Numbered from the stretch's first letter, positions 48,693-58,316 are shown. The stretch is DNA of 64,000 nucleotides from Candidatus Levyibacteriota bacterium (GCA_016204465.1 JACQKQ010000033.1:858-64857), one strand, 5' to 3'. Notes: generated from the sequence alone by a model not told the origin. Numbers and translations: made by a program.

Positions 48693-49523
48693 TTATCTTT
48701 GCTTATCTTTCTCTCTGCGCCTCGCAAGATTTTTTAGCTCGCGTGGGGACATACCATGTGTTACTGCATCAAGATAATATTGACGATATTTGGGGTTATT
48801 GCTCAAAAAATCTTCTAATAAACTAATTGCCGCTAATGTTCGTATCTCTATAATTTCTCCTGTTCTTCGAAGCCTTAGCAAGTCATCGAGAGTTCGCCAT
48901 TGCAGAGTAAAGGGCATAATATTTTCTTGCGGATCGAGTTCTTGTTCGGTTGCGCCAGATTCATTGTACGGAATCATATAAAGAATAAATGTTACCTTAT
49001 CAGGGGATAACGACACATCTCTTAAAGCAACGCCAATTTTCTCTCCTGGGTCGTCTGTTTCAATACCAGCTTCTTCCCTTAATTCTCTTCTGCCGGCTTC
49101 GTTGATGCTCTCGCCTGTAGATTCTATACGTCCTGCTGTTTTAGGCTGTGTAGTTTTTGTGTGACCTTGAACAAAGTTGATAGTGATAAATTTTTCACCT
49201 GTGGTGAATGTCCGGGTTTCTCCAATCGTGCAAAATTCCAATCCCCTTAATTTATTTTCGCGCATTGCTACGGCAACCACGCCCGGTTGAGCATGATGCT
49301 CAAGACCAACACCTTGTATCTCATTTCCTTTTAGTATAGCTGCAAAAACAAATGCTCCATGACGATAACCTATCTCTTCGACCCCAAAAAAATTCTCACC
49401 GTCTATAACTGCATAGGGAATGCCAATAGATGTTTCTAGAACTTCTCTATCTTTCAGTGGAATATCGCTGTAAGGTATAAGCCTCGGTCCTTCGTGAAAC
49501 ATAGGTAGCACAGTATAGCACAA
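48693..49523 (-). CDS. NUDIX-domain protein with an N-terminal domain of unknown function
   Basis: Nudix box GESINEAGRRELREEAGIE. Confidence 0.6.
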   Translation of the reverse strand: MCYTVLPMFHEGPRLIPYSDIPLKDREVLETSIGIPYAVIDGENFFGVEEIGYRHGAFVFAAILKGNEIQGVGLEHHAQPGVVAVAMRENKLRGLEFCTIGETRTFTTGEKFITINFVQGHTKTTQPKTAGRIESTGESINEAGRRELREEAGIETDDPGEKIGVALRDVSLSPDKVTFILYMIPYNESGATEQELDPQENIMPFTLQWRTLDDLLRLRRTGEIIEIRTLAAISLLEDFLSNNPKYRQYYLDAVTHGMSPRELKNLARRREKDKQR

Positions 49524-49539
49524 GATGTTAGATATGATA

Positions 49540-50715
49540 CTATTTCTTGCTTTTTGGAAGTGTTATTGTAACTGTTGTCCCTTTTTTTGGCTTGCTTTTT
49601 ACCTTTATAGAACCTTTGTGCAGGGAAATGATGCTTTTGACTAAAAATAGGCCAATGCCCATACCCTCCTCGCCGACTTGGGCCTTGCGGTAATATTGCT
49701 TGAAAATATGAGGTAAATCTTCCGCAACAATTCCTTTCCCTTCGTCCTTAATTCGCACAAAAATATTTTTTACTCTTTGCCCAAGCGTTACGGTAATTGT
49801 TGTATTTGCAGGTGAAAATTTTGCTGCGTTGTCAAGAATATTACCTAATACTTGTAAAAGTTTATCGTAATCGCCAATAACTATCCCTTGACCATCGCTT
49901 AATTCATTAGTAAAATGCACAGGTCTTCCTGGGTATGTAAACGGAAAATTTGCAAGCGCACGCTCAACTAATTCCCGCATTGAAACTTCTTTCCAATGGT
50001 ATTTGAGGTGGCCTTCTTTGATGCGGTTTACCTCAAGAAACTCGTTTACTAAAAGGGTAAGACGTTGTGTTTCCCACTTCAGCTCGTCGGCCCATTTCGC
50101 CTCAACAGCTTCCTTTTCAGAAAGTTTCCGTTGGAGTAGCTGCGCGTAACCGTAAATGGTAGTAATTGGTGTACGCAGTTCGTGTGCTGCCATTGATATA
50201 AAAAGATCACGCGTTTCAAGCGCCTGACTATTTTCGTCCGTAAGCTGCGCTTTTTGAATGGCAAGGCTGGCGTACGAACCAAAGACTTTTAGTAGCCCAA
50301 GCTCTCTTTGGGAAAATTTTTGATCTCTTTTCGATACAAGCATAAGCGCGCCAGTACTTTTGTTGTGGTATGACAAGGGGATGCAGATAGCAGACTTGTA
50401 CCCCTTTCCTTTTAACTCCGGATGTGCTTTATTAAATTCTTTTTTGTAGACAACGACCGCCTTTTTCTTGGAATACGCAGTGTACGTAAATCCCTTTTTT
50501 CGTATTGTGACAACAAGTATCGAATGATTAGGGTACATTGCCACGCGTTGCAAGTCGCCATTTTGAGCCAAATAGAGGTATCCTATGTCTGCCTGCAAAA
50601 GTTTTACCGCCTCCTCGACAATAATGGTATATGTTTGCGAAAGGCTAAGCGGCGTAAGAAACTTTAATCCTGATTTACTAATATTTTCTAGAATATGCTC
50701 CATAAAGCAGCCCAA
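49540..50715 (-). CDS. GAF-domain sensor histidine kinase
   Basis: H-box HELRTPITTIYGYAQLL and HATPase motifs (GMGIGLFLV). Confidence 0.8.
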   Translation of the reverse strand: MGCFMEHILENISKSGLKFLTPLSLSQTYTIIVEEAVKLLQADIGYLYLAQNGDLQRVAMYPNHSILVVTIRKKGFTYTAYSKKKAVVVYKKEFNKAHPELKGKGYKSAICIPLSYHNKSTGALMLVSKRDQKFSQRELGLLKVFGSYASLAIQKAQLTDENSQALETRDLFISMAAHELRTPITTIYGYAQLLQRKLSEKEAVEAKWADELKWETQRLTLLVNEFLEVNRIKEGHLKYHWKEVSMRELVERALANFPFTYPGRPVHFTNELSDGQGIVIGDYDKLLQVLGNILDNAAKFSPANTTITVTLGQRVKNIFVRIKDEGKGIVAEDLPHIFKQYYRKAQVGEEGMGIGLFLVKSIISLHKGSIKVKSKPKKGTTVTITLPKSKK

Positions 50716-50793
50716 AATGAATAAAGAAGATTATACTTTATTTATATTTTTTGTAAAGTATTTCCTTTTCTGCTGCTTAACAATGTTGCGCAT

Positions 50794-51141
50794 CTAACGT
50801 GCATGCGTATGGACGTCAGTTAAATGTGTACGTCTGTCTGTTGTTTCTGCGCTTAGTGCTGCGTCAACAAGCGATCGCAGTAAATAGAATAGCACTGCGT
50901 ACACAACAAGCGAAACTACGGCTACAATGTCAAAAAACGCCGTGTTACTTAGCGCAAGATTTGGGAACATGCCTCGAAAGGGGCTGATAAGCCCATCGCT
51001 TGCACTATACACCCACGTAACAAATGGTGTTTGGGGGTTTGCTGCCAAAAGCCGCAAGATAACACGCAGGGTAAGCATGAGTGCAATTACCGAAAATACT
51101 ACATCCGTAAGACGCAAAATAAAAGTGTATATACCAGTCAT
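50794..51141 (-). CDS. YggT family membrane protein
   Basis: Two-TM pattern and a YggT-like core. Confidence 0.55.
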   Translation of the reverse strand: MTGIYTFILRLTDVVFSVIALMLTLRVILRLLAANPQTPFVTWVYSASDGLISPFRGMFPNLALSNTAFFDIVAVVSLVVYAVLFYLLRSLVDAALSAETTDRRTHLTDVHTHAR

Positions 51142-51171
51142 AAACTATACCACCCCCTTTCTTATTCGACG

Positions 51172-51468
51172 TCATGCTGTTCTAAACGTCCTTCCGATAA
51201 GAAGCAAGAGCAATGCTCCAAGCACTGCAATAGCAAAGGACGTAAAGTTAAATCCTGTTATGCCAACGCCAAAAATAAGATCCGCTAAAAATCCTCCAAG
51301 TAATGCGCCGACAATTCCTAGTAAAATTGCTCCTAGCAAGCCTCCTCTGGAAGGAGAAGGATCAATCGCGTTTGCCACGATACCAACAAGCAAACCAAAA
51401 ATTATCCATGAAATCACATTTTCCACAGTCTCACCCCCTCTCTGCCCGCCAATAATCCCTGCCAGCAA
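51172..51468 (-). CDS. GlsB/YeaQ/YmgE family stress-response membrane protein
   Basis: WIIFGLLVGIVANAIDP...GGLLGAILLGIVGALLGGFL signature. Confidence 0.6.
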   Translation of the reverse strand: MLAGIIGGQRGGETVENVISWIIFGLLVGIVANAIDPSPSRGGLLGAILLGIVGALLGGFLADLIFGVGITGFNFTSFAIAVLGALLLLLIGRTFRTA

Positions 51469-51624
51469 TGCTTCGCAATGCGATGCAGGCGGGGCTCCTT
51501 TGAGCCGCAGTTCAATGAAACTTTGGTGTAATGTAAGATTGGATGTTTCACAAACACACTCAAGACTAGAGAAGGTACTTAAAATAACAACTATAAATGT
51601 GTAAGGATTAAGAAAGAGGGATTT

Positions 51625-52932
51625 TCAGGAGGGGTGGACGTAAGTAATTGTTGCGATAATGTTTCCAAGAATAATAACGTAAAAGGCAATTGCTCCAACC
51701 TTTCGGAACGACTGTTGTTTGCGAAAAAGAAGAAGTACAAAAAAGGGCGCAAAGAGAGCCAAAAGGAGTATTCGAAAATATAACGGAGACAATCCAAAAG
51801 GAATTTCATACAAAAAGTGAATACTCGACAAACCGACAAATAAAAGAAAAATTAAAAAAAGCCATTGTGATTTTTCAAGCGCAGTATGCATAAACTGTGC
51901 AACAGAAAGTGCCATCAGTGGAAAAAGTGGAATAAGGTACCAGCCGGACAGACCAGTGCTTGAAAGCGAGCTAAGCATAATAAAAAAGTATACAAGAAAA
52001 GGGATTGCGACAAATTTGTTTCTTTTAATGTCTGTCAAGCTAGAAAAGAGGGCTATAAAACCAAGATAATACCAACCGTCATGCACAATTTTGTTGACAA
52101 CGACCGGCTGGGTAAAAATAAGAAAGAGGGTTTCGGGCCCAACAGGGCGACTCCCCTGCGCGCTTTGAATCGCCCAAAACAAGTTCCAGTCGTATATTTT
52201 TGCGTACAAAAGGAGTAGTGTTGCAAAAAAAAGGAAAATAGCGATGGTGACAAGCGCGTATTTTGGCTTGATCTTTTCATGGATAAAAAAGCCAAGCGCA
52301 GTGAGTAATACCGTAATGCCTAAAATTTTCGTGATAAACGACAGTCCGCAGAGTGCACCAATCAAAATTGCATGTTTTGTGTTCAGCTTATTTCCGAATT
52401 GGACAAATATATAGATCGTTCCAAGCAAAAATACTGTCAGCAGATTTTCGGCAACGACAACGCGCGTGTTCATGACAAAAATCGTTACAGTATTAAAAAT
52501 AAGCAGAGTCCAGATGGTGACTTTTTCGCCGTATACTTTTCTTCCAATAAGATAAATAAACAGGGAAGAGATAACTGAAAGAATAATGGGTACGAGGCGG
52601 ATCGTCTTAAGATCAATTTCTTTAAAAATCTCTTGCCCAAACAATAACGACCATCCGCCAACAAGAAGGCCGTAGAGCGGTGGGTGGTCAAAGTACGGCT
52701 GCACCATAGGAAAGTAGATGCCGTCAATTGTGAGGTCAAACTTTTCTGTGTACGCAGGGAATGACGACCAAGAGATCGGTACGCCGTTGGTTAAAAGGCT
52801 TACGCCAAGAAATGAATATGTATATTCATCGCTTGTAGCTCCGCGCTGGGGATACAAGGTATAGTCATCAAGGCGCAAAAGAAGGCTAAGAAAGAGGATT
52901 ATTCCAACCAGAAGTACATGGAGCTTTGTCAT
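51625..52932 (-). CDS. GT-C family membrane glycosyltransferase (GT39/PMT-like)
   Basis: 12-TM protein with an early DDY/DE loop (RLDDYTLYPQRGATSDEYTYSF) typical of PMT_2/ArnT-like enzymes. Confidence 0.55.
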   Translation of the reverse strand: MTKLHVLLVGIILFLSLLLRLDDYTLYPQRGATSDEYTYSFLGVSLLTNGVPISWSSFPAYTEKFDLTIDGIYFPMVQPYFDHPPLYGLLVGGWSLLFGQEIFKEIDLKTIRLVPIILSVISSLFIYLIGRKVYGEKVTIWTLLIFNTVTIFVMNTRVVVAENLLTVFLLGTIYIFVQFGNKLNTKHAILIGALCGLSFITKILGITVLLTALGFFIHEKIKPKYALVTIAIFLFFATLLLLYAKIYDWNLFWAIQSAQGSRPVGPETLFLIFTQPVVVNKIVHDGWYYLGFIALFSSLTDIKRNKFVAIPFLVYFFIMLSSLSSTGLSGWYLIPLFPLMALSVAQFMHTALEKSQWLFLIFLLFVGLSSIHFLYEIPFGLSPLYFRILLLALFAPFFVLLLFRKQQSFRKVGAIAFYVIILGNIIATITYVHPS

Positions 52933-52982
52933 ACATCATATTCTAGCAGAATGGGCTTAAATTTGATAAAATCAAAGCAGAT

Positions 52983-53056
52983 TGCCGGATCATCTAATGG
53001 TAGGATAGAGGACTCTGAATCCTTTCATCTAGGTTCGAATCCTAGTCCGGCAGCCA
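52983..53056 (+). tRNA. tRNA-Gln (anticodon CUG), CCA encoded
   Basis: Manual cloverleaf: 7-bp acceptor TGCCGGA/TCCGGCA, anticodon stem GAGGA/TCCTT with loop CTCTGAA, T-arm CTAGG-TTCGAAT-CCTAG, discriminator G then CCA. Confidence 0.75.
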
Positions 53057-53059
53057 GTA

Positions 53060-53345
53060 AGAATTGGAAAGAGGTTGGGAGGTAGCGCTTTCCGCGCCTG
53101 CTTTACACTGAGCGGAGTCGAAGTGCTCCGCGGAAAGTGCGTCAAACCTGCCTGCCGGCGAGGCAGGTCCGCCTTTCTTGAAACTTGCGGACAACCGCCG
53201 GAAAAAGAAGAAGGGAAAAACGCAAAAATTTTTTAAGGAACTCAGTATTTCAAATGGCCGTCCTGGTGTGCTCAAACCCTTTCGGATCTGTCCAAAGACG
53301 GCCATTAAAAAACCGAAAGGAAAAGTTTGAGCACGGTTTTACTAT
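53060..53345. ncRNA. GC-rich, highly structured segment (nested long hairpins plus a pseudoknot-capable pair of 9-10 bp helices): candidate ncRNA, attachment-site scar or bidirectional terminator complex
   Basis: The complementarities are visible in the sequence: 53085-96 with 53129-40, 53254-62 with 53297-305, and 53268-85 with 53313-34. GC is much higher than in the flanks. The ORFs on both strands have non-protein-like composition. Confidence 0.35.
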
Positions 53346-53449
53346 ATGGGGAAAAATGAAGAAAAACAAGAAAACATTGTATATCAAACTAGTAATTTAA
53401 ATCTTATTTCGCCAAGACATGAAATAAAATCTTAATTTAGAATAAAAAG

Positions 53450-53854
53450 TTACCAAGAATAGTTAAATTTCTTTAAAATTGCCCCTAAATTTTTATCTAT
53501 AATAGATTTAGCCTCTTCTTTTGTAATCGCATCTACAGCTCTTTTGTTTGCGGCTTCAGCTTCTAAATATCTCATTACTCGACTTTTTACCATAAGCATT
53601 CTATAATTATTATATATCTCTCTAAAGCAATAATTTATGGCAGAATTCCTAGCTGGATACCAACCGCTATCTATCGCTTGACTCATAAACTTCTTTTTCC
53701 AATCAGGTGTTTTTTTCTCAAGCTCGCAGTCTATAATATGAAGCGCAGTATAAAAGGCAAGAGTAACCTGCCAATCTCTATAATCACTTTTTGTATTTAA
53801 CAATAAGGAATAATTATGTTTCGCTTGCTGTTCATGTATATAAGCATCTGCCAT
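53450..53854 (-). CDS. hypothetical protein (island cassette, gene 3 of 3)
   Basis: 134-aa ORF in a strongly AT-rich block, overlap-coupled to the upstream gene; no recognisable motif. Confidence 0.45.
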   Translation of the reverse strand: MADAYIHEQQAKHNYSLLLNTKSDYRDWQVTLAFYTALHIIDCELEKKTPDWKKKFMSQAIDSGWYPARNSAINYCFREIYNNYRMLMVKSRVMRYLEAEAANKRAVDAITKEEAKSIIDKNLGAILKKFNYSW

Positions 53855-53855
53855 T

Positions 53856-54419
53856 TTATTTTTCGAAAATTAAAACATTATCTGAATGGGTATTGAAAGA
53901 ATCTTTTAAATAATAATTAAAATTTATTGGAAGGTTTAGTATGTTTAATAATTGTTTTTCATATTCAAAAAAAATCTCATATTGCTCATCTAAAATATTT
54001 TCGCAATTAAGAACAACATCCACATTTATATAATAAGAGATTTGATTTAAATAAATTTTTTGTACCTTATCAGATAAGGAATATCTTTTAACAATTTCTA
54101 CGGACGGTCTTTTTTCTGAATCTTGATTTGGTAAAAAAGGCGAAATAACTAGTTCGTTCGCGTAGCTTAACCAAATACACGTAGGCGTATTTACTTTTTT
54201 GTGTAGATAAATCTTTGGGGTTTGAGTACTAAATTTCATATTTATTGAAATCCAAGATGGACTAAAAGATTCATCAACTAAATTATAAAGTTTATCTAAT
54301 TGAAGACTTTTAATTTTTGTAACTTGATTGCTTGAAAAAGAAACCTCTTGAGCAGTTTTATCTTTTTCTGTCAACTCATTTAATCCATCTTGTGGTTGTG
54401 TATATGTTTGGTTATACAT
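53856..54419 (-). CDS. hypothetical protein (island cassette, gene 2 of 3)
   Basis: 187-aa ORF, AT-rich, with 8-nt overlap with gene 1 and a 1-nt gap to gene 3. Confidence 0.45.
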   Translation of the reverse strand: MYNQTYTQPQDGLNELTEKDKTAQEVSFSSNQVTKIKSLQLDKLYNLVDESFSPSWISINMKFSTQTPKIYLHKKVNTPTCIWLSYANELVISPFLPNQDSEKRPSVEIVKRYSLSDKVQKIYLNQISYYINVDVVLNCENILDEQYEIFFEYEKQLLNILNLPINFNYYLKDSFNTHSDNVLIFEK

Positions 54420-55134
54420 AATATTTTATATTTTTTGTAATATATCTCAGCATAGAATTATAAAACTTGTTTATTTCATCATTTGTGTAAGATTTACCAT
54501 CTTCAATAATTGTATTTATGTCATTACTTATCAAAACATTTGTTTTATTTTTATCGTGTTTCTGTGCGATTATTCTAATCCAATTGTTAATACTAAATCC
54601 ATCGACAGTTTCTTTATTAAACATATGAATTTGTCCTTCTAATAGTTTCTCTTTATACTTAAATGACTTACCAAAGTAACTAAGGATATATTTAATACCA
54701 TCATCTTTTTCTAAGCTCATATCCACTATCAAACCAAGCCTATTAATACTTGCAGAAAATTTTTGCATCACAATTTCTTCAATTATCTTAATAGTTTTCA
54801 AAGTTTCTTGTGTAAATTCATTATAAAGTCTACTGCCTTGTTCTTTATTGCCGTAAAAAAAATCAATTCTTTGCGGTGCCACAATTAATGAGTATTCTTC
54901 GTTTTTACTTCTTAGAATAATTCTTGGAATATCAGAAGGAGCATCATCTGGTATTGGCATTATAAGAGGATCTCCATCTAACAAAGATAAAGATTTTTTT
55001 AAAGAATTTGCTAATTCTAGTTTATCTGTAAGATTCATTGAGGCAAGAAAGAATGCTATTCGTGCGTTTTTAACGGAATTCATAATGATTACTGCCTCCA
55101 TTTGGATTATAATGGTGTCAAAGACACAAGTCAA
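54412..55134 (-). CDS. hypothetical protein (island cassette, gene 1 of 3)
   Basis: 240-aa ORF (internal candidate start MNSVKN at about 55083), AT-rich, divergent from the HNH gene. Confidence 0.45.
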   Translation of the reverse strand: MTCVFDTIIIQMEAVIIMNSVKNARIAFFLASMNLTDKLELANSLKKSLSLLDGDPLIMPIPDDAPSDIPRIILRSKNEEYSLIVAPQRIDFFYGNKEQGSRLYNEFTQETLKTIKIIEEIVMQKFSASINRLGLIVDMSLEKDDGIKYILSYFGKSFKYKEKLLEGQIHMFNKETVDGFSINNWIRIIAQKHDKNKTNVLISNDINTIIEDGKSYTNDEINKFYNSMLRYITKNIKYYV

Positions 55135-55175
55135 TTAGAATGATTTATACCGCGAGTGAAATCAGAAAATAAATT

Positions 55176-55904
55176 ATGGATTTTAAGTTTGAAAGAACAA
55201 GAGTAGATAAAATTCCAAGAGAGAAAATTATTGATGAGCTTGCAAAGGTATCAGAAACATATAATCATACTCGTTTTACCTCGAAAGAATTTCTAAGAAA
55301 TGCCTCTATTGGTCATCAAACAGTATTTCGAGAGTTTGTAACCTGGGATGCGGCGATGGATTGTTTAACAGATTATTTGAAACAAAAAAATATTACACTA
55401 AAACCAAGAACAAAACCAAAAAGAAAAGACGCTTACACCCAAAAACAAATTTTTGATGAGATGCAAAGAATTTGGAGCCAAATTGGACATCGCCCTTCAA
55501 AAATAGAATGGGAACAGACAAATCCTAAAATAAATTACAACACAGTCAGACGCCATTTTAATGGATGGACGAACGCTTGTCTAAGATTTATTGAGTACAT
55601 AACAGGTGAAAATAATATTGTTGAAAATATTGATGCTTCGGTAGAAAAAATAAATATGGATAAAAACAGGATTATATATAAACCAGAAGATAATAGAACA
55701 ATTCCATTAGGTACAAGATTAAAAATCTTAGCAAGAGATAATTTTCGTTGTGTATATTGTGGCAAAAGTCCGTCTACAGATATTGGTACAAAACTTCATA
55801 TTGATCATATCATTCCATTTTCGAAAGGTGGAAAAAGTATAGAAGAAAATTTGCAAACATTATGTTTGGAGTGTAATTTTGGAAAGAGCAATAAAAGAAT
55901 ATAG
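55176..55904 (+). CDS. HNH endonuclease with an N-terminal domain of unknown function
   Basis: C-terminal HNH motif RCVYCGK...HIDHIIPFSKGG...NLQTLCLECNFGKSNK. Confidence 0.7.
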   Translation: MDFKFERTRVDKIPREKIIDELAKVSETYNHTRFTSKEFLRNASIGHQTVFREFVTWDAAMDCLTDYLKQKNITLKPRTKPKRKDAYTQKQIFDEMQRIWSQIGHRPSKIEWEQTNPKINYNTVRRHFNGWTNACLRFIEYITGENNIVENIDASVEKINMDKNRIIYKPEDNRTIPLGTRLKILARDNFRCVYCGKSPSTDIGTKLHIDHIIPFSKGGKSIEENLQTLCLECNFGKSNKRI

Positions 55905-56832
55905 AAAGTGGATTTGCTATACTATCTTCATCATGCCAGATATTGAGCCAGGATATATTCCTCCTTCCACTGATAAACCAACCCCTTTTCCTGTAAGAAA
56001 AAATCTATCGGAAGATCCAAAACCAAAAGTAGAACCACTAACTGGCGAAGAGACTGCAAAAGTTATTGCAGAAATGTATGACATACTTGGCCCCACAAAT
56101 GGATGTATATTGGTAAATCCTAACACAGTGCTTGCAGTAGCAGGGTTAAAGGGAAATGCAGACCTACCTTCTCCATTGCTTAACGATGAAGAAGCAGAGA
56201 AAATTGATATGCTGAATAGGCAAATGGAATCTCATGGAGTACATCTAGGATATCCTCGTAATTATAGAGAAAGGCTAGTAACACAACTTAGTTTTGAAAG
56301 TCTTCGAGGCATAGAATATAAATCACGACAAACAAAACTCCCAGGTTACTTTCCGTATGATAGTGGTACTGGCAGACAGGGATTACGTGAATGGCAAATG
56401 AGAGTCCAAAGAAACATACGAAAGATAAATAGAGATGGAAGACTCTCTGATGAAACAGTAGGTATTTATGATGACGGGGTCAGACTTGGGTATCCTGATC
56501 AAGCAATCAGAGACTTTGCTGATTGGTATGAAGAAGGTACACAGGATCATAGTAAGTTAACAGAAGCAGATATATTATCAGTAAACACATATGCGCAACA
56601 ATACAAAGGTAATGTTCCTGAATTTGATTACTATCCATCATCAGCAGAAAATCCAGAAATACAAGAATATATTAGAAAAGCACGAGAAACACTTGATGGG
56701 TTTTACAAAAGTGAGTGGCACATAAAAACAGCCCAAGATCCAAGTTTTCTTGCCGCAAGGAAAGAAAGAGATGAAAGACATGAACGTAATGTAGCGCACT
56801 TGCAAACAGAAAGAGAACAAAAAAGACAATAA
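55879..56832 (+). CDS. hypothetical protein
   Basis: 317-aa ORF overlapping the HNH gene end; no recognisable motif. Confidence 0.35.
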   Translation: MERAIKEYRKWICYTIFIMPDIEPGYIPPSTDKPTPFPVRKNLSEDPKPKVEPLTGEETAKVIAEMYDILGPTNGCILVNPNTVLAVAGLKGNADLPSPLLNDEEAEKIDMLNRQMESHGVHLGYPRNYRERLVTQLSFESLRGIEYKSRQTKLPGYFPYDSGTGRQGLREWQMRVQRNIRKINRDGRLSDETVGIYDDGVRLGYPDQAIRDFADWYEEGTQDHSKLTEADILSVNTYAQQYKGNVPEFDYYPSSAENPEIQEYIRKARETLDGFYKSEWHIKTAQDPSFLAARKERDERHERNVAHLQTEREQKRQ

Positions 56833-57252
56833 TAGTCTTGATATTATTTTATTCTCTAGAGAACAAAACTTTTACTTTTGGAAAATCCATTATGGTTGAA
56901 AACCAAGTCTTCGTACTTCGGGAGAATGTTTTAACAAAAATTCTGTATCCATCGGGAGCCAATGACCTGCTTTCTGAGACTCTTGCCGTCTTATATGATA
57001 CGTGCTACTTAAGAAATTCAAAACGTCACGGCCACTAAATCCCGCAGCTTCCAGTCGTGTTGCAACTGCTGTAAGATCAGCATCGCCCAAAACATCAGTC
57101 CTCCCAATTTGTTTTCCAAGTTTCCCTGCCAGCATTGTTATAATTGTTTCTATATCTTGTCGTTTTGGCGGTAAAATATCAAATATTCATATTGTAATAA
57201 TGATCTCTTTTATGCTATTGCAAACGAATAAAAACCTTTGTATAGTGTACCT

Positions 57253-57507
57253 ATGCTTACACAAGATGATCTATCATCAATTCAAAAACTCGTAAAAAAA
57301 GAGGTGCAAGGCGTTGAAGAACGAATAGGCACAAAAATAGATGGATTTGGGGAAGCACTAAATGGAGTTGCGGAAGCACTAGAGGCAAAAATAGCTAAGG
57401 TGCAAGAAACAGCTGATATTATTCAGGAAGTCATGGTGAAACACCACACGGCACTTGAACAACGAGTGACAAATTTAGAAGAAAAACTCCACAGTTCGGG
57501 TAATTGA
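57253..57507 (+). CDS. small coiled-coil protein
   Basis: Heptad-like charged pattern; start at the ATG at 57253. Confidence 0.3.
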   Translation: MLTQDDLSSIQKLVKKEVQGVEERIGTKIDGFGEALNGVAEALEAKIAKVQETADIIQEVMVKHHTALEQRVTNLEEKLHSSGN

Positions 57508-57542
57508 TTTCTCCTTTATCATCTCTGCTATAATAGCCGCGT

Positions 57543-58316
57543 ATGCGAAAATGGACGGTAGTAGGGCTTTTTTTGGCCGGCGTTTTGCTTTTGAGCAGTG
57601 GGTTTTTGCTTGGGAGGAATACGAGAAACCCAACTCAACAAGCAACTCTTTCGCCGACTCCCGTCAAGCAAACGCTTGGAGCAAGAGAGGAAAATCGCCC
57701 GAAGGGTTTGGAGCAAGAATTTTTAGTGACGAAAGTCGTTGACGGCGATACGATTCAGATAGAAACCGGTAAAACGGTCAGATACATTGGCATTGATACG
57801 CCGGAGACAAGCGATCCGCGCCGTGGCATTGAATGCTTTGGGAAAGAAGCAGCTGCAAAAAATAGAGAATTGTTAGAGAGAAAAGAAGTACGGCTGGAAA
57901 AAGATGTTTCGGAAACCGACCGCTACGGACGTTTGCTTCGGTATGTGTTTGTTGACGGTATTTTTGTAAATGACGAGCTCGTTCGGCAGGGGTTTGCCCA
58001 TGCGTCGGCGTATCCACCTGATGTTGTGTATCAAGATCAATTTAGAGAAGCAGAAAAGCAGGCGCGGGAAAACAACAGAGGATTGTGGGCTTCCTGTGGG
58101 GTGCAAAAAGAAAGCAGTGCCGAATCGGTAAGTTCTTCTCAAGTTAACGCAGTTCAAGAAGAAAAAGTAGAAGCGGTAGGTGAAGACAGAGATTGCGGCG
58201 ATTTCAGAACGCACGATGAGGCGCAATCCTTCTTTCTTTCGCAAGGAGGTCCATCTGTGGACCCGCACAAACTGGATCAGGACCAAGATGGCATTGCCTG
58301 CGAAACACTGCCATAG
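57543..58316 (+). CDS. membrane-anchored thermonuclease (SNase-like) with C-terminal Excalibur Ca-binding domain
   Basis: SNase motifs (VVDGDTIQI, YIGIDTPE, RYGRLLRYVF) and the Excalibur motif DQDQDGIACE; N-terminal TM. Confidence 0.8.
   Translation: MRKWTVVGLFLAGVLLLSSGFLLGRNTRNPTQQATLSPTPVKQTLGAREENRPKGLEQEFLVTKVVDGDTIQIETGKTVRYIGIDTPETSDPRRGIECFGKEAAAKNRELLERKEVRLEKDVSETDRYGRLLRYVFVDGIFVNDELVRQGFAHASAYPPDVVYQDQFREAEKQARENNRGLWASCGVQKESSAESVSSSQVNAVQEEKVEAVGEDRDCGDFRTHDEAQSFFLSQGGPSVDPHKLDQDQDGIACETLP

Noticed and set aside
53042-53400. ORFs of 87 aa (-) and 71 aa (+) within the GC-rich structured segment
   Set aside because: Their amino-acid composition is not protein-like (Arg/Gly/Pro/Ser-rich runs). 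The region is better explained by RNA secondary structure, so it was called a candidate ncRNA or att scar instead.
56838-57240. GC-rich stretch with an 81-aa minus-strand ORF (56890-57135), considered as a possible tRNA/ncRNA or integrase remnant
   Set aside because: There is no cloverleaf and no repeat of the tRNA-Gln 3' end. The protein has no recognisable motif. It is only mentioned as a possible boundary remnant.
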